DNA of 64,000 nucleotides from Botryllus schlosseri. Taxonomy: Eukaryota. Shown here one piece after another: positions 25,501 through 40,500 of this stretch. Both the position numbers and the translations under genes were made by a program. The stretch covers positions 16,432,001-16,496,000 of the forward strand of contig CM119371.1 in NCBI GenBank assembly GCA_051294905.1. The letters are read 5' to 3'. Each line of letters opens with the position of its first letter. The first letter of the stretch is position 1. The notes below the pieces were generated by a model. That model made no database searches, was not told the DNA's origin, and saw only the letters and a program-made list of their open reading frames with translations.

Positions 25501-28500
25501 TCTGTTTGTTTCCACATGTACTCAATACTGGCCCTTACCTTGTATTATCCGGTGGACAGATTAACGTGTGGAATTGCTCCGACGATATACATTCACCAAT
25601 GGAAATAAAGGAGCTGATGACACACACACAAGGCATTCAAGTTGGCATTTTGAACTACGGAGACATGACGGTTCGGTCACAAGCCCTGTCGGTATGCTTT
25701 CTGTGAAAGTAGTTTGAAATTGATCAATTGCGTCATGCGATGAACAGAAATATGCCACATCAGTGATTGTCTTTTAGTAATATATAACTGAGGCGATAAG
25801 TGTATCTGCTTCGACCGATGATTATTCAAGCATAATCGGCGATATGATGACTGCTGTTTTCTTTGAAGTATAGTAAAAGAAAGAGTGGACATAGCATTGA
25901 GTAGGATTTATATATTCTACCTGACTGTGTTCGTTTAATATCCGTCCCTTTTATTCCTCGCAGTGTAGTGTGAATACTCAATTTTGCGCATTATAGATAT
26001 GAAATTATTCCATATTGTAATAATTCTGTAAATATCTCTTATCGAAGTCGTACATCATACATATTATCCTTGCTACATGAATTTACCTTGTCTTTCAGGG
26101 CGACTATGCCAATAACACGCCATGCCTCGTCACGGACGAGGTGCTAACGGTATCCTCGGCTTTGGTGTCTCTGGTTAAAAGCGGTGTTTGGAATGAAGTT
26201 CGAACAAGAGAATTTAACATATTTGTGGAATTCAAAACAGCTGAGGTACTGCCTTTTTGAAAAATGAGCGTTAAAATCCCTGTTTTTCGTTATAATTACA
26301 TTCCCTCCTTAACCGACAAGATAGCGTAATAGTAAAGCGTCCGGCTGCTTAATCGGTAGGTCGTACGTTCCATTCCCGGACGGGTCAGACTAATGACCTG
26401 ATTAGTAACACCGTTATCCGTGACTTCCCCACTTGGCGTTCATGCATTACTGGGATAGCATGGAGAGGTGGTGCAAGACTTAGAACTCCGTACACTGCTA
26501 TAACTGCACCTTCCTCGTCCAGCGGCATATGCACGTCATGCTCACATGGTATGCATGTGCACAGATCGTGTGTATGTATATCATGAGTCGGTGTATAAGC
26601 CGCAAAAAACATCAAGGACATAAACAAACTACGTCCTTTCCCTTCCTCAACTCATTGCCAATCCATCAATAATTATCATCATTGGTCATAGTTTTCCTTC
26701 TGTTTGTTCATACGTTCAGGATAACCAGAAATATCCATTTTCGTTGCGAGTACAACGTAGTTTCAAGAGAGGTCGCGAGCGCGAAGCCTATGACGAAATC
26801 GTACCTTTAATGATCAGGCTCGGATGCGAAAAATTGGAATTTTCTGATATGATGTTTACGGCGCAATACATTGTCGAAGACGGAGAGAAACAAGTTGGTG
26901 TTTTTCTAAGACTAGCGATATCGATTCGTATGTTCATGATTACATTTATGAAAGGTGGATAAAATGAAGCTGTCTCAAACTTCACTACTATGCGGCTCAC
27001 TAACCAACCAGTATCCACGAGTCAATTCAGGAAAGCAGTACATGGATATGTTCAGATCATTGTTTCAAGTATCCAATGCGCGTCTTATTGAGATTGGATC
27101 ATTAACTTTTCAAAGGAACTGCATTGATCATAACCAGGTAACTTGTGCCAGCGTAAACAGCAAATTACCGCGAAGACTAATCTGATGGTACAAATCTCTG
27201 TTGCAGTCGGCACATGAATGGAACTATAAGGTATTGAATCTTGAATGCGAGGGATTCGGATTTTTGAACGATCTTCAATCGCTATTAAAAACACCACCGA
27301 TCAAAGTCGACCGCTGCTCATTGCATCTCATTGACATATTGTCATTGCAGAAATTAGCATCAAACATTTCTCAGGTTGTAGACGTGTTCATTATGAACTG
27401 GTAAATAGTCTGGACTCTGGATCTATCATTTGTCCATAATAACAGATCGATGAATTGGATATCGATGCCGGCAGATTTTTTGAAATGGCCGATTTACACC
27501 AATTAATTCGAGGGATAAATTGGAGAAAGCTCATGCTACATCTAGATTCACTACGTATTGTCGTCGATCGAAATCAGGTGAATGCTTGATGGAATTTGAG
27601 GATTGATACGTTATCTTCATAAGTAAGAGCGATGGAGAATGTACTGCTACTTTCATATATTTCAGAAGGGCGATATTACCGTTCCGGAAATAACCGTGGA
27701 CCAATTTGATGAGATATTCGTAGGTCTGCTCCCTCTTGTCAATAACAAATCAATTTTTCGCGTAGAGAGACTCATCCTAACACGAGACCTACAGGAAAAA
27801 TGCAAGGAAATTGTGCAATACTTCACCGATGTCCGTGATAACACGAAAGAGTTTATATTGCAGGTGAAAGTGGTTTCTACTTACAGTAGTAAATACATAT
27901 ATAGCAAGGGCGGGCACCTTACCGCCCGCTAGGAGATTTAGAGCGGCCCGCAGAAAGATTCTACCCTAAAAGAAAAATTTCGACCTGAAACATGATGGGG
28001 AATTTTTTGCGTTATTGAATGAATCCAAATTTACCAACATGAGAAAGATCGTCTTGAAACTACTTGTTCAGTTCGGGTCTACATACATTCGCGAGCAAAT
28101 ATTTTCGATCACGAGCATTAACAAGACGAAGCTGCATCCCAATCTAACTGATGTTACGTGCAGTAGGCCTATTTACTAAGGGTTTCTACGTCCGACATGG
28201 AGCCAGAGGTGATAGAACCTGTTGACTACTTTGATCGACCACAGATGCCTCATTGACTACAACAGCGATTGAAGCACATTACGTTACTAAATTCAATAAA
28301 TACTGTTTCGGTGTATGCTTTGAACCTAAAATTTACATTAAATACGATTTTCTACCTTGCATAGGTGGTAGGGTGGAGCGGGTCGACAAATCCTCTGGTC
28401 CGACTCCGATCTTGTTTTTCAATTCTCTTGTCCGGCTCCGGCCTAATATGAAAAAGTCCGGCCGGCTATCCAATTCGGCTTAGGTCCATGCTCCGCCCTA

Positions 28501-31500
28501 CACTTCGCAGTGGTTCCGTGAATTTATAAATATGGCTACTTTATTTTCCCACTGGGTTGGCGGTTACTGCGTGTAGTTGGCTGTTAGTTTAGTTACAAAA
28601 GTCATGCTTATCAGTAAAGATTCTTGCCGTATCACAAAACTACTGATCCGGACAAAATTGGAAAAATCCGGCCGGATGTCCAATCCGGCTCCGGTCCATG
28701 CTCCGCACTAATGGGTGGTTAAATAAGCGAATAATGAATAGATTCAGGAATCTGGAGCGCCGACTACTTCATTTTCCCATATCCGGCCCGCCGACTGGAG
28801 AAGTATCCTACCCCTGACATATAGGCTACGTAGTACATTCCACTACTTAGACAACGATAGAATAAACGCTCGAATCCGACAGAAGTCGATCCCAGAATCC
28901 CTTTCAAGGTCATGCAGATTTATATTGGCTCCTCTTTACCATCCTATCCGCATGGACCTAGAACGAAAGAGCGCCGTGTTATATGTCGGTAGCTGAGAAT
29001 TAATCAATTATAGAATATCGATCTGGCGGCTCGTGAATGATGCGAACTGTAAATGTATTGTATTTTTTGGATAAGATACAACAGTGGTGCTTATGGCCTT
29101 ATGAGACTTTGTGCTCCACGACAATGGCACAATGCCACAATGGCAATTTCAACAGTTCAATGCATTGTTTCTTGGCGACATTTCCTGCTCTCTCTCTCTC
29201 TCTCTCTCTCTTCAATACGCATTCATTCAAATGATCTTTGCTGCTGACTGTCAAGCTCGGCTCACTGTACTTTATGGGCTTTTTAAGTCACTGCAATCGC
29301 AGTGAAGTCAGCGATGAGGAGCCCAGATAAACCTCTGACACATAGAAACTTGGTAGAGCCCACACTCGAACCAACAACCATTGGTGTCATGACGGTGTCG
29401 TTTAGCTTGGCACACTTCGCCACTCGCTTCCCAACTGTGAATGTAGAACCATACCAACGTTGCAGAAAGAACGAAAAAGTAGCGAAAATGTTTATATCTG
29501 GATTTGTGACTGGCTGTGTCCGCTTCCTTTGTCAGTTGGAAGAACTTGCAGTCGACGGCAATTTCATTGATCCGATGCAACTATGCCTGGAAAACGAATC
29601 GCGATTGTTGATCGTTTCCAATATACGATCTTGTGACGGAACTGACATCAAGTTTAAGCACGATCAGAACAATACGGTGAGAGGTGGTACATGACATTAC
29701 TTTGACAGCAATAGTTTGGGCATATATAATTGGGGAAGAATTTAGCCATCTCTGAGACTCAGATGTTCAACTGCTCAGAGGTCAACTAATTACACGCGAA
29801 CGATATTTATTGAAAAGGTATGTGCAATGTGCATGCTGGTTGCAATGCTATCTTAATGCCTCGCGCTTACTTATGCCAAAAACTATAGTGACGAGAGATT
29901 CTCGATTTGGGGCAGAGGCCGCACACTTAACCACTTTTCCGCACTCGAATCGACCTTCATCAAGATCAATCAACAGCGCTTATGCCAGCAGAAGGAGCGT
30001 TTGCATCGGCTATAAATTGGCCACTTGCTGCGCTCGCGGTTTGCCTGTACTCAATTGGATGTATGCAATGTAGTTTTATGCGAGTTTTTGGAATTCTCTA
30101 TATGCTGACAAAAGCTCCTGAAGAGTGTCAGCTCGAAAAGCTTCGGGTTTTAAATCATTTATGATACGAATATATTATTAACATGTATATTAGGGCTGTT
30201 CAAAAATAACTTTTTTTCCTGAATCTTGATGGTTACTTGATTAAATCGTTAGGTTGCCTTAAAAAACGACGCACACCAAATTTGAATTCATTCCGACAAA
30301 TATTCGCGGGTTACGTAGAGTTTGAAAATTTTGGATTTGCCCAAAAACGCAAAAAAATTTTTTTTCCAAATTTTTCTGCCAACCCCATGAAATTGTTGGG
30401 CTGTCTTCAAAAACTATGCAAAACAAATTTGACTCAATTCCAAGCCGTAGAAGCGGAGTTATTCCAGTTTTTCGGTGATAATTCTTGGATTATCCACCAA
30501 TCAAGGATAATCCCAGAATTATCGAATAAAAACTGAAATAACTCCGCTTCTACGGCTTGGAATTGAGTCAAATTTGTTTTGCATAGTTTTTGAAGACAGC
30601 CCAACAATTTCATGGGGTTGGCAGAAAAATTTGGAAAAAAATTTTTTTTGCGTTTTTGGGCAAATCCAAAATTTTCAAACTCTACGTAACCCGCGAATAT
30701 TTGTCGGAATGAATTCAAATTTGGTATGCGTCGTTTTTTAAGGCAACCCAACGATTTAATCAAGTAACCAGCAAGATTCAGGAAAAAAAGTTATTTTTGA
30801 ATAGCCCTAATGTATATCTTAATGACGATCAACGCCGATATGGAGGCCGATAGATTTATTGCGGTGCTTCCATATCGCTTGTGAGGTATTAACCATATTA
30901 AAAATGGAAATGGCGTATTCCAAATTGCAAAGTCACATAACACATTAAAATAAAATTAGTTACAGGCATTTTAAGGCAGTGACTCGTGCCAAGGCAAGTC
31001 ATTGAAAAAAAATGGTCCAAGTCTGACATGAGTCATCAACATTGGGTAATACATATTGGATATAAGGATTAATGGATATAATAGAAAAGCCTTCAGAGCC
31101 TTGTGACTAATTGGTACCCAAGAGTGCAGACTAAGGGTTAGAGATGTATTCACGACATAGACTTAATGAGGCCTCGAACTATTTATGAGTAATCTGTTCT
31201 GTTCAGTAGGGGTGTTAAACTATGATTTTTTTTTAATTGAACTGGCTACTTCATAAACTTGTTAGGTTACCTGAAAAGAACTGCACATCAATTTAGGATC
31301 AATTCCCACCTATAGTGGCACCGATATAAGTAGGATTGCATTTAAACCAATGTTTGTTTAAAACACTTCGTTCAAAACATGTCACAAAATTAGGTTTTTT
31401 CAAGTTGTATAATTATGCCATAATCGTGTAAATACTTACCATAAAACATCTTGTATGAGCCTACGGAAGAATACCACCCGATGTAGCCGACGTATACGAT

Positions 31501-34500
31501 ATAGGATGGTTGGAACCCTCGAAATAGTCGGTTCAGCAGCCATAGTACGTAGATATTTCGTCAAAGGAACTATATTTACCCTATATTTACAATTGTCAAT
31601 GTAAATCCACTATGACGTCACAATTAAATATCCGTGACGTCATAGCTTTGAAAAAACACAATAGAAATCATGTTCTAAACAAGGACCTTACTTTAAACAT
31701 GATTGTTTTAAAATGACTTTTATTTAAATGCAACCCATCTATAGGAGAAAAAGTTTAGGACACATTTATTTAAAAAAATTGAAAAATGTTTTCAAATTTA
31801 ACCGGCTACCACATGAAGTTGTGAAATTGTCTGAAAGAAAACGATGCGAAACAAATTACCGCAATTCAAACATGATGTTCAAAATGTGCGATTTCAAATC
31901 ATAGAATTTACGGTGGGCAACCTTATAGTATATAATTGAAGATTTTTCCAATTCTAAAATTTTATACTACAATAACTTTGTTTGTACTCATTGGAATCAA
32001 GCCAAATTGGTTGTGCATCGTCTTGCCGGATAACGTAACAATTTCACGGGGTAGCCAGTAAAATTTACAAAATATTATATTCATTTTTATTGAATAAATC
32101 CAAAAGATTTTTCTCTTCTAGCAATGCCTCTACTGGTTAGAATTGCACCAAAATTGGTGTGAAGCCTTTAATTAGATAACCTAAACATTTCACTGAGTCG
32201 CCGGTAAAATTTCAAAGAAAAAAGTCATTTTTGAACAATCCTACCATTCAGTGCTAATTACAAACAGCAAAAGCGACCGCGATCATTCGAGAGAACTCAA
32301 ATAGATAAACTAACGCATTGATATCAATTAATCTGTCAATTGCAACTTGATGATATGTATAGCTCTACAATATACACTGACAGGGGCAGGCAACATACGG
32401 CCCGCGAAGGGATTTTGTCCGGCCGTCGGACAGTTTTCCGTCTTATATGATAATGTGACCCGCGACCCGCGACCTTAGTCTGCGTAGATTCCCCACTACT
32501 TGCTTAGTACGTCAAATTTTAGTGACTGTATATTATTATATACGTGTATATGCGCAGCGTGCGTGAGTGGAGCTTACGCGTAAGTTCGTCGAAGCGAGAA
32601 GACTTGCATTATCTGTGGCGAGATAACGTAGTGGCATAATCCACTGCTACAACACCAATGGGTAGTGGGTTCGAGTCCGACCGAGGTCAACTCCAGAATT
32701 CCTACCTAAGTGTTGGAGGGTTATCTAGGCTCCTCCTCGCCATCTCATCCGCGTAAGCGGTGTCTTACTAAAAGCCTAGAAGTGGGCCGTGCTACAAGTC
32801 GGCAGATACGGAATCAAAAACAAGGAATACCGGTCTGGTGTAAATGACCATAGTAATCGATAAACTCCATGAATACCACAAACAACAACAACTTGCATTA
32901 TCGGTATTTACGATATACTCCACCGTAATGTCGTTTGTGGTAATCGTGGTGTTTGTAGACTACAATGGTCATTTACACCAGGCTGAAATTTCTTATCTTT
33001 GCTTCAGTAACCGCCGACTTGTAGCACGGCACATTTCTATGGGCTTTTGTAAGACACCGCTTATGCCAGGGGTCGCCTACCCAAAACGGGTCGCGGGCCA
33101 CTTTTCAAATTTCGTAGAGGACGCGGGCATGCATTCAATATCGAGATTAATTAGGCCACGCAGTTGAACAACGACGCTATCTCGTCACCTACTCAACCTT
33201 AATGAAATGGTATCTTGATAAATTTGGGGTACCGGGCTCATTGAACACCTTGAAATCCCAATTAAGGATTGTATCGTGTGTTGATTGATCAGATAGAAGC
33301 AGACATGGCGGCGCCTGTATAACAATGCTATTCTCAAACCCACATTGTCTTCGTCATTATCGGCGAGAAATGGCATTGAAGTGACATTGCTGTCGTTAAA
33401 ATACATTGATTTAATAAGAGGTATTCCTTGTATATGTGGATAAACGGGCGAGTAAGGTATCGATTCCGCAATCCGGCCCGCCAAGTACTTCATTTTCCGA
33501 TATCCGGCCCGCCGACTGGAGAAGTTGCCCGCCCTGCTTTAAGAGTATATAAAGTATAGACTCTCATTCAACTATTTGTAGTTTGACACGGGCGATCGGA
33601 TAATTTGTATTGAAAGCATTTATGCAATCCAGATTCAAAGCGTCGCAATCAATAATCTGAGACTGGAATCGCTGTTGGATATCGATGCTCGACTGAACCA
33701 ACCGGGAGCTGCCAGACCCAATAGGGTGTTCTGCGTCGAGATTTGCTGCTTTCCGAGAAGTGGATCCCTCACAATGGATGATCAACCTGAAAGACTGAAA
33801 AACATATTAACTAACAGCAAGACGATCTGGAACGTAAGCGTATGGATTGCTATTGCATATTCGGTATTATATTTATGGGGAATGTCTGTAGCTGACTCAC
33901 GGTATTGCTGCAACAGAAAACGCTTTGTGTGACTTGGGCCAATGTCGATTACGCCTCATGAAGTCTTTGTCACCGATCAAGTAGACTCGAAACCTGAACA
34001 TCGGATCTCGCCGTTAAGTTTCAGCGTAATTCGATATAACTTCAGCGTTGCTTCAACAAACGTAGATGTTTAAAACAAGGCCCTAATTTAAAACATGTTT
34101 TTTTTATGTCATGACGTCACGAATGTTCGATTGTGACGTCATAGTGGATTGACATTGACAATTGAAAATATAGGATAAATATTGCTCCTTTGACGAAATA
34201 TCTGTACTGTTAATGTTGAACTGGCTATTCTGAGAGTTTGCAACCATCCCATATCGATATACGTCGGCCATATCGGGTGGTAATTGTCCATAGGCTCATT
34301 CAACATGTTTTTCGGAAAGTATTTACACAATGATGGCATAATTTTACAACTTAAAAAAAACCTATTTTTTTATAGGCCCATGTTTAAAACACCGTTTGTT
34401 TCAAATGCAACCCTAGTAGATGTGCTCACGAAAAATGACAGCATCCAGTCTTAACTTCTTCTCTATACGCTATCGTTGATTCTAGAAACTATTTTCAGAT

Positions 34501-37500
34501 ATCATCTTTGCAACTTCAAGCACCTTTCGACGTCGAAGTCTTCCAAAGCTACAAACAATTTCTAGTTAGTGGCCAAATTGGAGAGATGGTACATCAAGAT
34601 GGAATAAAATTCAGATCAGAGCGATGTTCTGGCGGAAAGAAAGTAAGAATAGATTTCGTGAACTTCGTGAATCCCCCTTTATGTCCAAATTCAGAACTTG
34701 ATTATTACTTTAATATACTGGAAAGACATATTTATATTCAATATCAAAGCCACATCCCGTTTGCTGCAAACATTATATCAATTTAAATGCCACCGTAATC
34801 ATTGGGTCGGAATTTGGAAATGATGGATGTGCAATTTCTCGCCACTATAGACTATAGGGAAGATAAAATAAAATAAATTGAAGCACGCATCTTGTTGGTG
34901 TACGGTCAATGCCGAGATAACCGGTACCGGGAATGCTAATACCTAGAATGGACACCCCCGAGAATGAACATTACTGAGAATGCAATGTAAGCAACGCTGG
35001 TATGTGGTGCATAAGGATATGTGCAGACTGAATCACGGCCTTGCCACTTTCGGTGTCGATTCCCAGAAGGTCACGCAGTAAATTAGATTCTCGGCATTGA
35101 CCAGTCTCGGTGATGTCCATCCCCGGTTACGGAATTATCGGTAATGTCATTTCTCGGTAATGGTTTTCTCGATATTGGTGTAGAACCCATCTTGTTACGT
35201 CACTGTGAAGATTTCCGTGATAAGACATAACTTTACAGTAAGAATAAAACTTTCGACCACTTAATCAATGTTAACTTCCAATCTCTCGCTGTATCAATCT
35301 GACGGAAAGAAAAACAGCTATCACCAATATTATAGTGACAATTATATCGAGAACAGTACTTGAGATATCGCGCCGTCGATATTATGACCGTTGTAAATAC
35401 CAAATTGGAACGCTTCCTTCACTGCTACACCTCCTTGACACGAAAAATGGCAAAATGGCAAGAGTGGGATAATGAACCTATCTTCCAGTGGAGTCTCAGA
35501 CTGAGCTATTTCTGATGTCAGCAACTTTGTTGCAATGAAGCGAAAGTGTACCTGTGCTCTGGAAAACATTTGATCAGCCTAACAATAGCCTACCACTCTC
35601 TTTTGAGTTTTTCTTCGATAGTTCAGGGATTATCCTTGATCGGTGTATAATCCAAGAATTATCATCGAAAAACTCAAATAACTCCGCTTCTACGGGTTGT
35701 AATTGAGTCAAATTTGTTTTGCATCGTCTTTGAAGATAGCGCAACAATTTCATGGGGTTGACAGAAAAATTTGACCAAAATTTTTTTTTGCATCTTTGGG
35801 TAAATTCAAAATTTTGAAACTGTATGAAATCCGCGATTATTGGTTGGAATGAATTAAAATTTGGTGTGCGTCGTTTTTTAAGGCAACCTAACGATTTAAT
35901 CACGTAACCATCAAGATTCAGGAAAAAAAGCTATTTTTGAACAGCCCTATTGACCATTGTTTAGTCGAAAAAAACATGAATGCCACTAACAACATAAACT
36001 CATCACCACCTATCGTTTATTTGTCGTGACACCTATTCCAGTAATTTTAAGCCCGAGGGCAGCCCGACAAATGTCCTTGCAGTTATATGAATAATCAATT
36101 TTAAAACGAACCCCTTTGATGAAGCAAGTCGCTTTATATTCATCTTTATCCATGAACCGAGAAACATTATTTCTCGAATACTAATCGAGATAACGATAGA
36201 AGTCCAAATTAATTTCGACGACCGTCAAGAATTTTGAGATGGGGTAAAAGTAAACGTCGATGTGATTTCAGCGTGAAGTATTCGCCAATATTGACCGCAT
36301 CACGGTGAAAGGCTTGAAAACGTTCCTGGATGACCTAGAAGGAGATTGTTCGGAAATCATCGCAGTTCGGCAGTGTGAAATCGTAGCTATCCAGGATGAT
36401 ATTCGTCGACGACTTATCGGAATGACGGACAGCGATATGTACGAAGTATTGATGGTCGGTTGCATTTCAATATTTAAACCCAACAATAAGACCTAGAACT
36501 CCTAGATTTAGCACTGAATATCCAATAATGTGCTGAACATGATCCGGATTTTTGGATGAACGCGAAAACTATTCGTGCGATAATAGACAAATATCAATAT
36601 AAATTACCCGTCCGGACATCTATGATGTAACACAGGGGCGGGCAACTTCTCCAGTCGGCGGGCCGGATATAGGAAAATTAAGTACTTGGCGGGCCGGATT
36701 GCTGAATCGATACATTATTCGCCCATTTATCCACACATGCAAGGAATAAATCGTATTTAATGAATGTATTTTAACGACAGCAATGTCACTTCACAGTAGT
36801 CCTTTTCGGGTGTTTGACAATGTCCTCCTTTTTGAGATTTTGTCCTCTTTTTTTCTCTAGAATTTTGGGTTGAACACAGGGCAAAATTGGACCTAGACAC
36901 CATAAAATAGCACTGAACTGACGCTCAGGCGGAACTGGCGGGTATTTCGGGTGCTGAGCGAAATTTGACTTTTTTTAGTCAACCGACTGCGAAGTGAGAA
37001 AAATTGACTAATTTTTCAGGATTTTCCACCGGTATTCTAAGTTTGAAAATTTTGACAAAGTATCCTCCTCCTTTTCCGATTCCAAAATATGGTAACCCTA
37101 CTTCACAACCATTTCTCGCCGATAATGACGAAGACAATGTGGATTTGTGGATTTCAGAATAGCGTTGTCATACAGACGCCACCATGTCTGGTTCTCTCTG
37201 ATCAATCAACACACGGCGCAATCCTTAATTAAGATTTCAAGGCGTCCGATAAGTCCAGTACCCCAAATTTACAAAGATATCAATTCATTTGGGTTGAGTA
37301 GGTCACGAGATGGCGCCGTTGTTCAACTGCGTGGCCTAATTAATCTCGATATTGAATTCATGCGGCCTGCGTCCTCTACGAAATTTGAATAGTCACCCGC
37401 GATCCGTTATGAGTTGGCAACCACTGGCATAAGCGGTGTCTTACAAAAGCCTAGAAGTGTGCCGTGCTACATGTCGGAAATTACGGAATCAAAAATAAGA

Positions 37501-40500
37501 AATATCAGACTGTTGTAAATGACCATTGTAGTCGACAAACACCATGATTACCACAAACGACATTGGGGTTGAGTACATCGTAAATGCCGATAATGCAAGT
37601 CTTCTTGCTTCGACGCACTTACGCGTAAGCTCCACTCCGGCATATTATAATAACATACAGTCACCAAAATTGGACCTAGTAAGCAAGTAGCGGGGAATCG
37701 TAGCACACTGCGACCGAGGGCCACATTATCATGTAAGACGGAAAACGGTCCTCGGGCCGGACAAAATCCCTTCGCGGGCCGTATTTTGCCCGCCCCTGAT
37801 GTAACACAACATCAACTATCTTGACATAAAGTTATTTGCCGTGACACGGGGTAACGGAATGCGTGAGAAATGACCTATAACTTATTCATTAGGTAAATTG
37901 ATGGCGAATATTCATCAATTTAATCACAAGGTGCTCGAAGTAGTTAGCGTTGCTAGTCAATTAGAAAAAGCAAATATTAAAATGAGAGCTTCGAAGATCG
38001 AAGTGCAAAAATGGTTTAATATGAACAGAAGTTGAACATGGGACCGTCGACCCTAAGAAACACACGAATACAATTTTCGATCAAGTCGTTGATCGTCTTC
38101 GCCCACGTATATAGACTTACCGGGAAGCTAGTTACTATTCCTGACGCACAGCGCGAAGATTTGCGTTTCCGCCCGAAGTGCGGCAGCGCAACTGAACTCG
38201 GACACGACGATGTGAGTCCCGGTGTCAGTTACCTGTTCTAGTTGAGGAGCATAAACCCTGCCCAGTGCTCTGAATGTCTAATAGTTAAGAAATCTAACCC
38301 AGCACGGACAAATGGCGGGAGCATACTGGTAGCACTACGCAATAATCGGTACCCAAGAAGTAGCTTTTGCTTTCAAAAATTATTGTAACCGTTCGTATTG
38401 AAAGTATTCAACCCTTTTGATGGGGGGGGGGTCACTTTCTGCAAAACTGACCATCACTTTTCAAATTCATACCGTGACCTCACCAAGACTTGAATCTGAG
38501 ATGTTTCAATTTAAAACTTGGCTAGGTATAGCCTTCTACCGTTTCCGCCCTCGTTAGACACCCCATGACATGTCTAGGATTTTTGTAAGACCAAATAAAC
38601 AGACTTTTTTTTCTAAAAAATCTCTTTGTCTCTAACATTTTTCAAGACTGACCCCCAGGATAGCGTCAGAGAGCCAGAAATGATGCCGCAGTGCGTAACC
38701 ACCATTGCCTGGTTTCGAACAAGCAGTCAACCATGGCCGTAAACCGCGCGGCTCGCCTGATATCGAAAAATCTAAAATACATGGAACATTTACATATGGG
38801 CGTGGTCAGTGAATGATCATAATGGCCAAGTTTAAGATCAATACCGAATCGGACCCCTACCGCCCAATTAATGGCATGAAACAACGCGGTATACTTTCCC
38901 TTATCATATCCAACCATTTGCAGGCCTAGTAAACCAGTTTATGACTCAAATTCCGTCACGAACTTGGACTTGAACTTGACTATGTTCTTGAAAATCATTG
39001 AAGCGTGACCACACTTAACAAACCTGCTCAGAAAAATCCCCAGAACAAGGTTTGATGTTCGAAACGTTGAAAAATTACATAATACCGTAAAAGTCTACCT
39101 TTGATGTTCTGGCAGAATTTCTGACGGTATTTCCCACTCGGAAAATATCTGGAAATTTCAAGTGATGCGTATTTTCGGCCGAACTCCACATGTAAGATCA
39201 TCGGTAGTCGAAAACTGTATAGCCTTATACCTTCAAATTTGGTATCATATAAATCAGAAGATAGCTGGCTTTCCATAAATACCAAAAGTAGCCCGCGACG
39301 GCATATATCTTTGGAGATATTGAGAGATGAACTTGAACTTTGGTCGCCAGTGATCCCCCTCCATTAAAACGGTTAAGTAAGTAGTTTTAAAAAGTAGATT
39401 TGATACGGGAGTTGCTTGCCTTCAACAGTGTTAATCGGACATGGCTACTTTGGATTGTGCAGGTAATGCATCGTCTTTGAATACTCCAGAATCTTAAGAT
39501 TTCCTTGTTACAGAAATATTTATGGCTGATATGTAACGAGTATATGACAGACCTTGTGCGGAATGCAGACCTTATATAGCAGGGGTGTCAAACATACGGC
39601 CTGTGGGCCGCATCCGGTCCTCCAGACGATTTCATCCGGCCCGCGAAGTAATTCTGGGTAGATTGAAAAGTTCTTGTATTATCCAGCACATTGGTAACAA
39701 ATGTTGAGATTTTTTGCGGGAAATATTTTCATTAAATATTAGCTCAAGACAGCAAATGCCGAGCATGTTCATTGTTCAATTGTTCATAGGGCACATTATA
39801 ACTACCCGACTACGGCGTCGTGCTTTCAATCTCTCTGATTCGAACAGGCCAACAGTAAACACTGAGTTCCGAGTTTTATGGAAAAAATTGACCAAACTGT
39901 GCGCGGAGACTTTGTCTGCAGTACGCGCACTAGCGTAGCTTAGAGGAAGCATTGCAAATGGGATAACATTTCGGAATCAGTTGACTGATCCGGCCCGAGG
40001 GCGATTTGAAGGCTTGAATCCGGCCCGCGACGCAATTTGAATTTGACACCCATGCTATATAGTAAGTCTATGCTTGGGGCAAGACTTAAGCATGCGTGCG
40101 ACGTCTATTTCCAACAAGAATAACTACGTTGGAACGTGTATTCCACCTGAAATATTCATGTGTGTGTATTCAAGAACGCAGCTATGGAAGCAATACGGAA
40201 GAAGACGAAAGAGCAAATCGACATGCTGGAAAGTATTACACAGCGATACAAGGTTAGAAACTGAAGCAACCAAAACTAATGTATTTGGTATTAGAATAAA
40301 CAAATAAATATAATGGGCATAGAGGTGGCATATCGCTAAATACTACTTTATAGGAATCTGCTAGATATTTTAGATATCGTGTCATATTAACCCGAAACCC
40401 AATCCTTCTGTTCCCTTCCATCTGAAACACCAACAATTGCGCAATCATGAATGCAGGATCTTCGAATAGAAACAATGACAGTTACCGGGTCCGGAGAAGA

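Noticed and set aside
30237..30763. Two nearly identical ORFs on opposite strands (and 35574-35903)
   Set aside because: Consequence of the palindromic MITE; non-ATG starts, no domain.
32614..32700. Possible tRNA gene (also 23070-23150 and 26315-26390)
   Set aside because: A/B boxes are present but there is no convincing cloverleaf; followed by SINE body and tail, with TSDs for family A.
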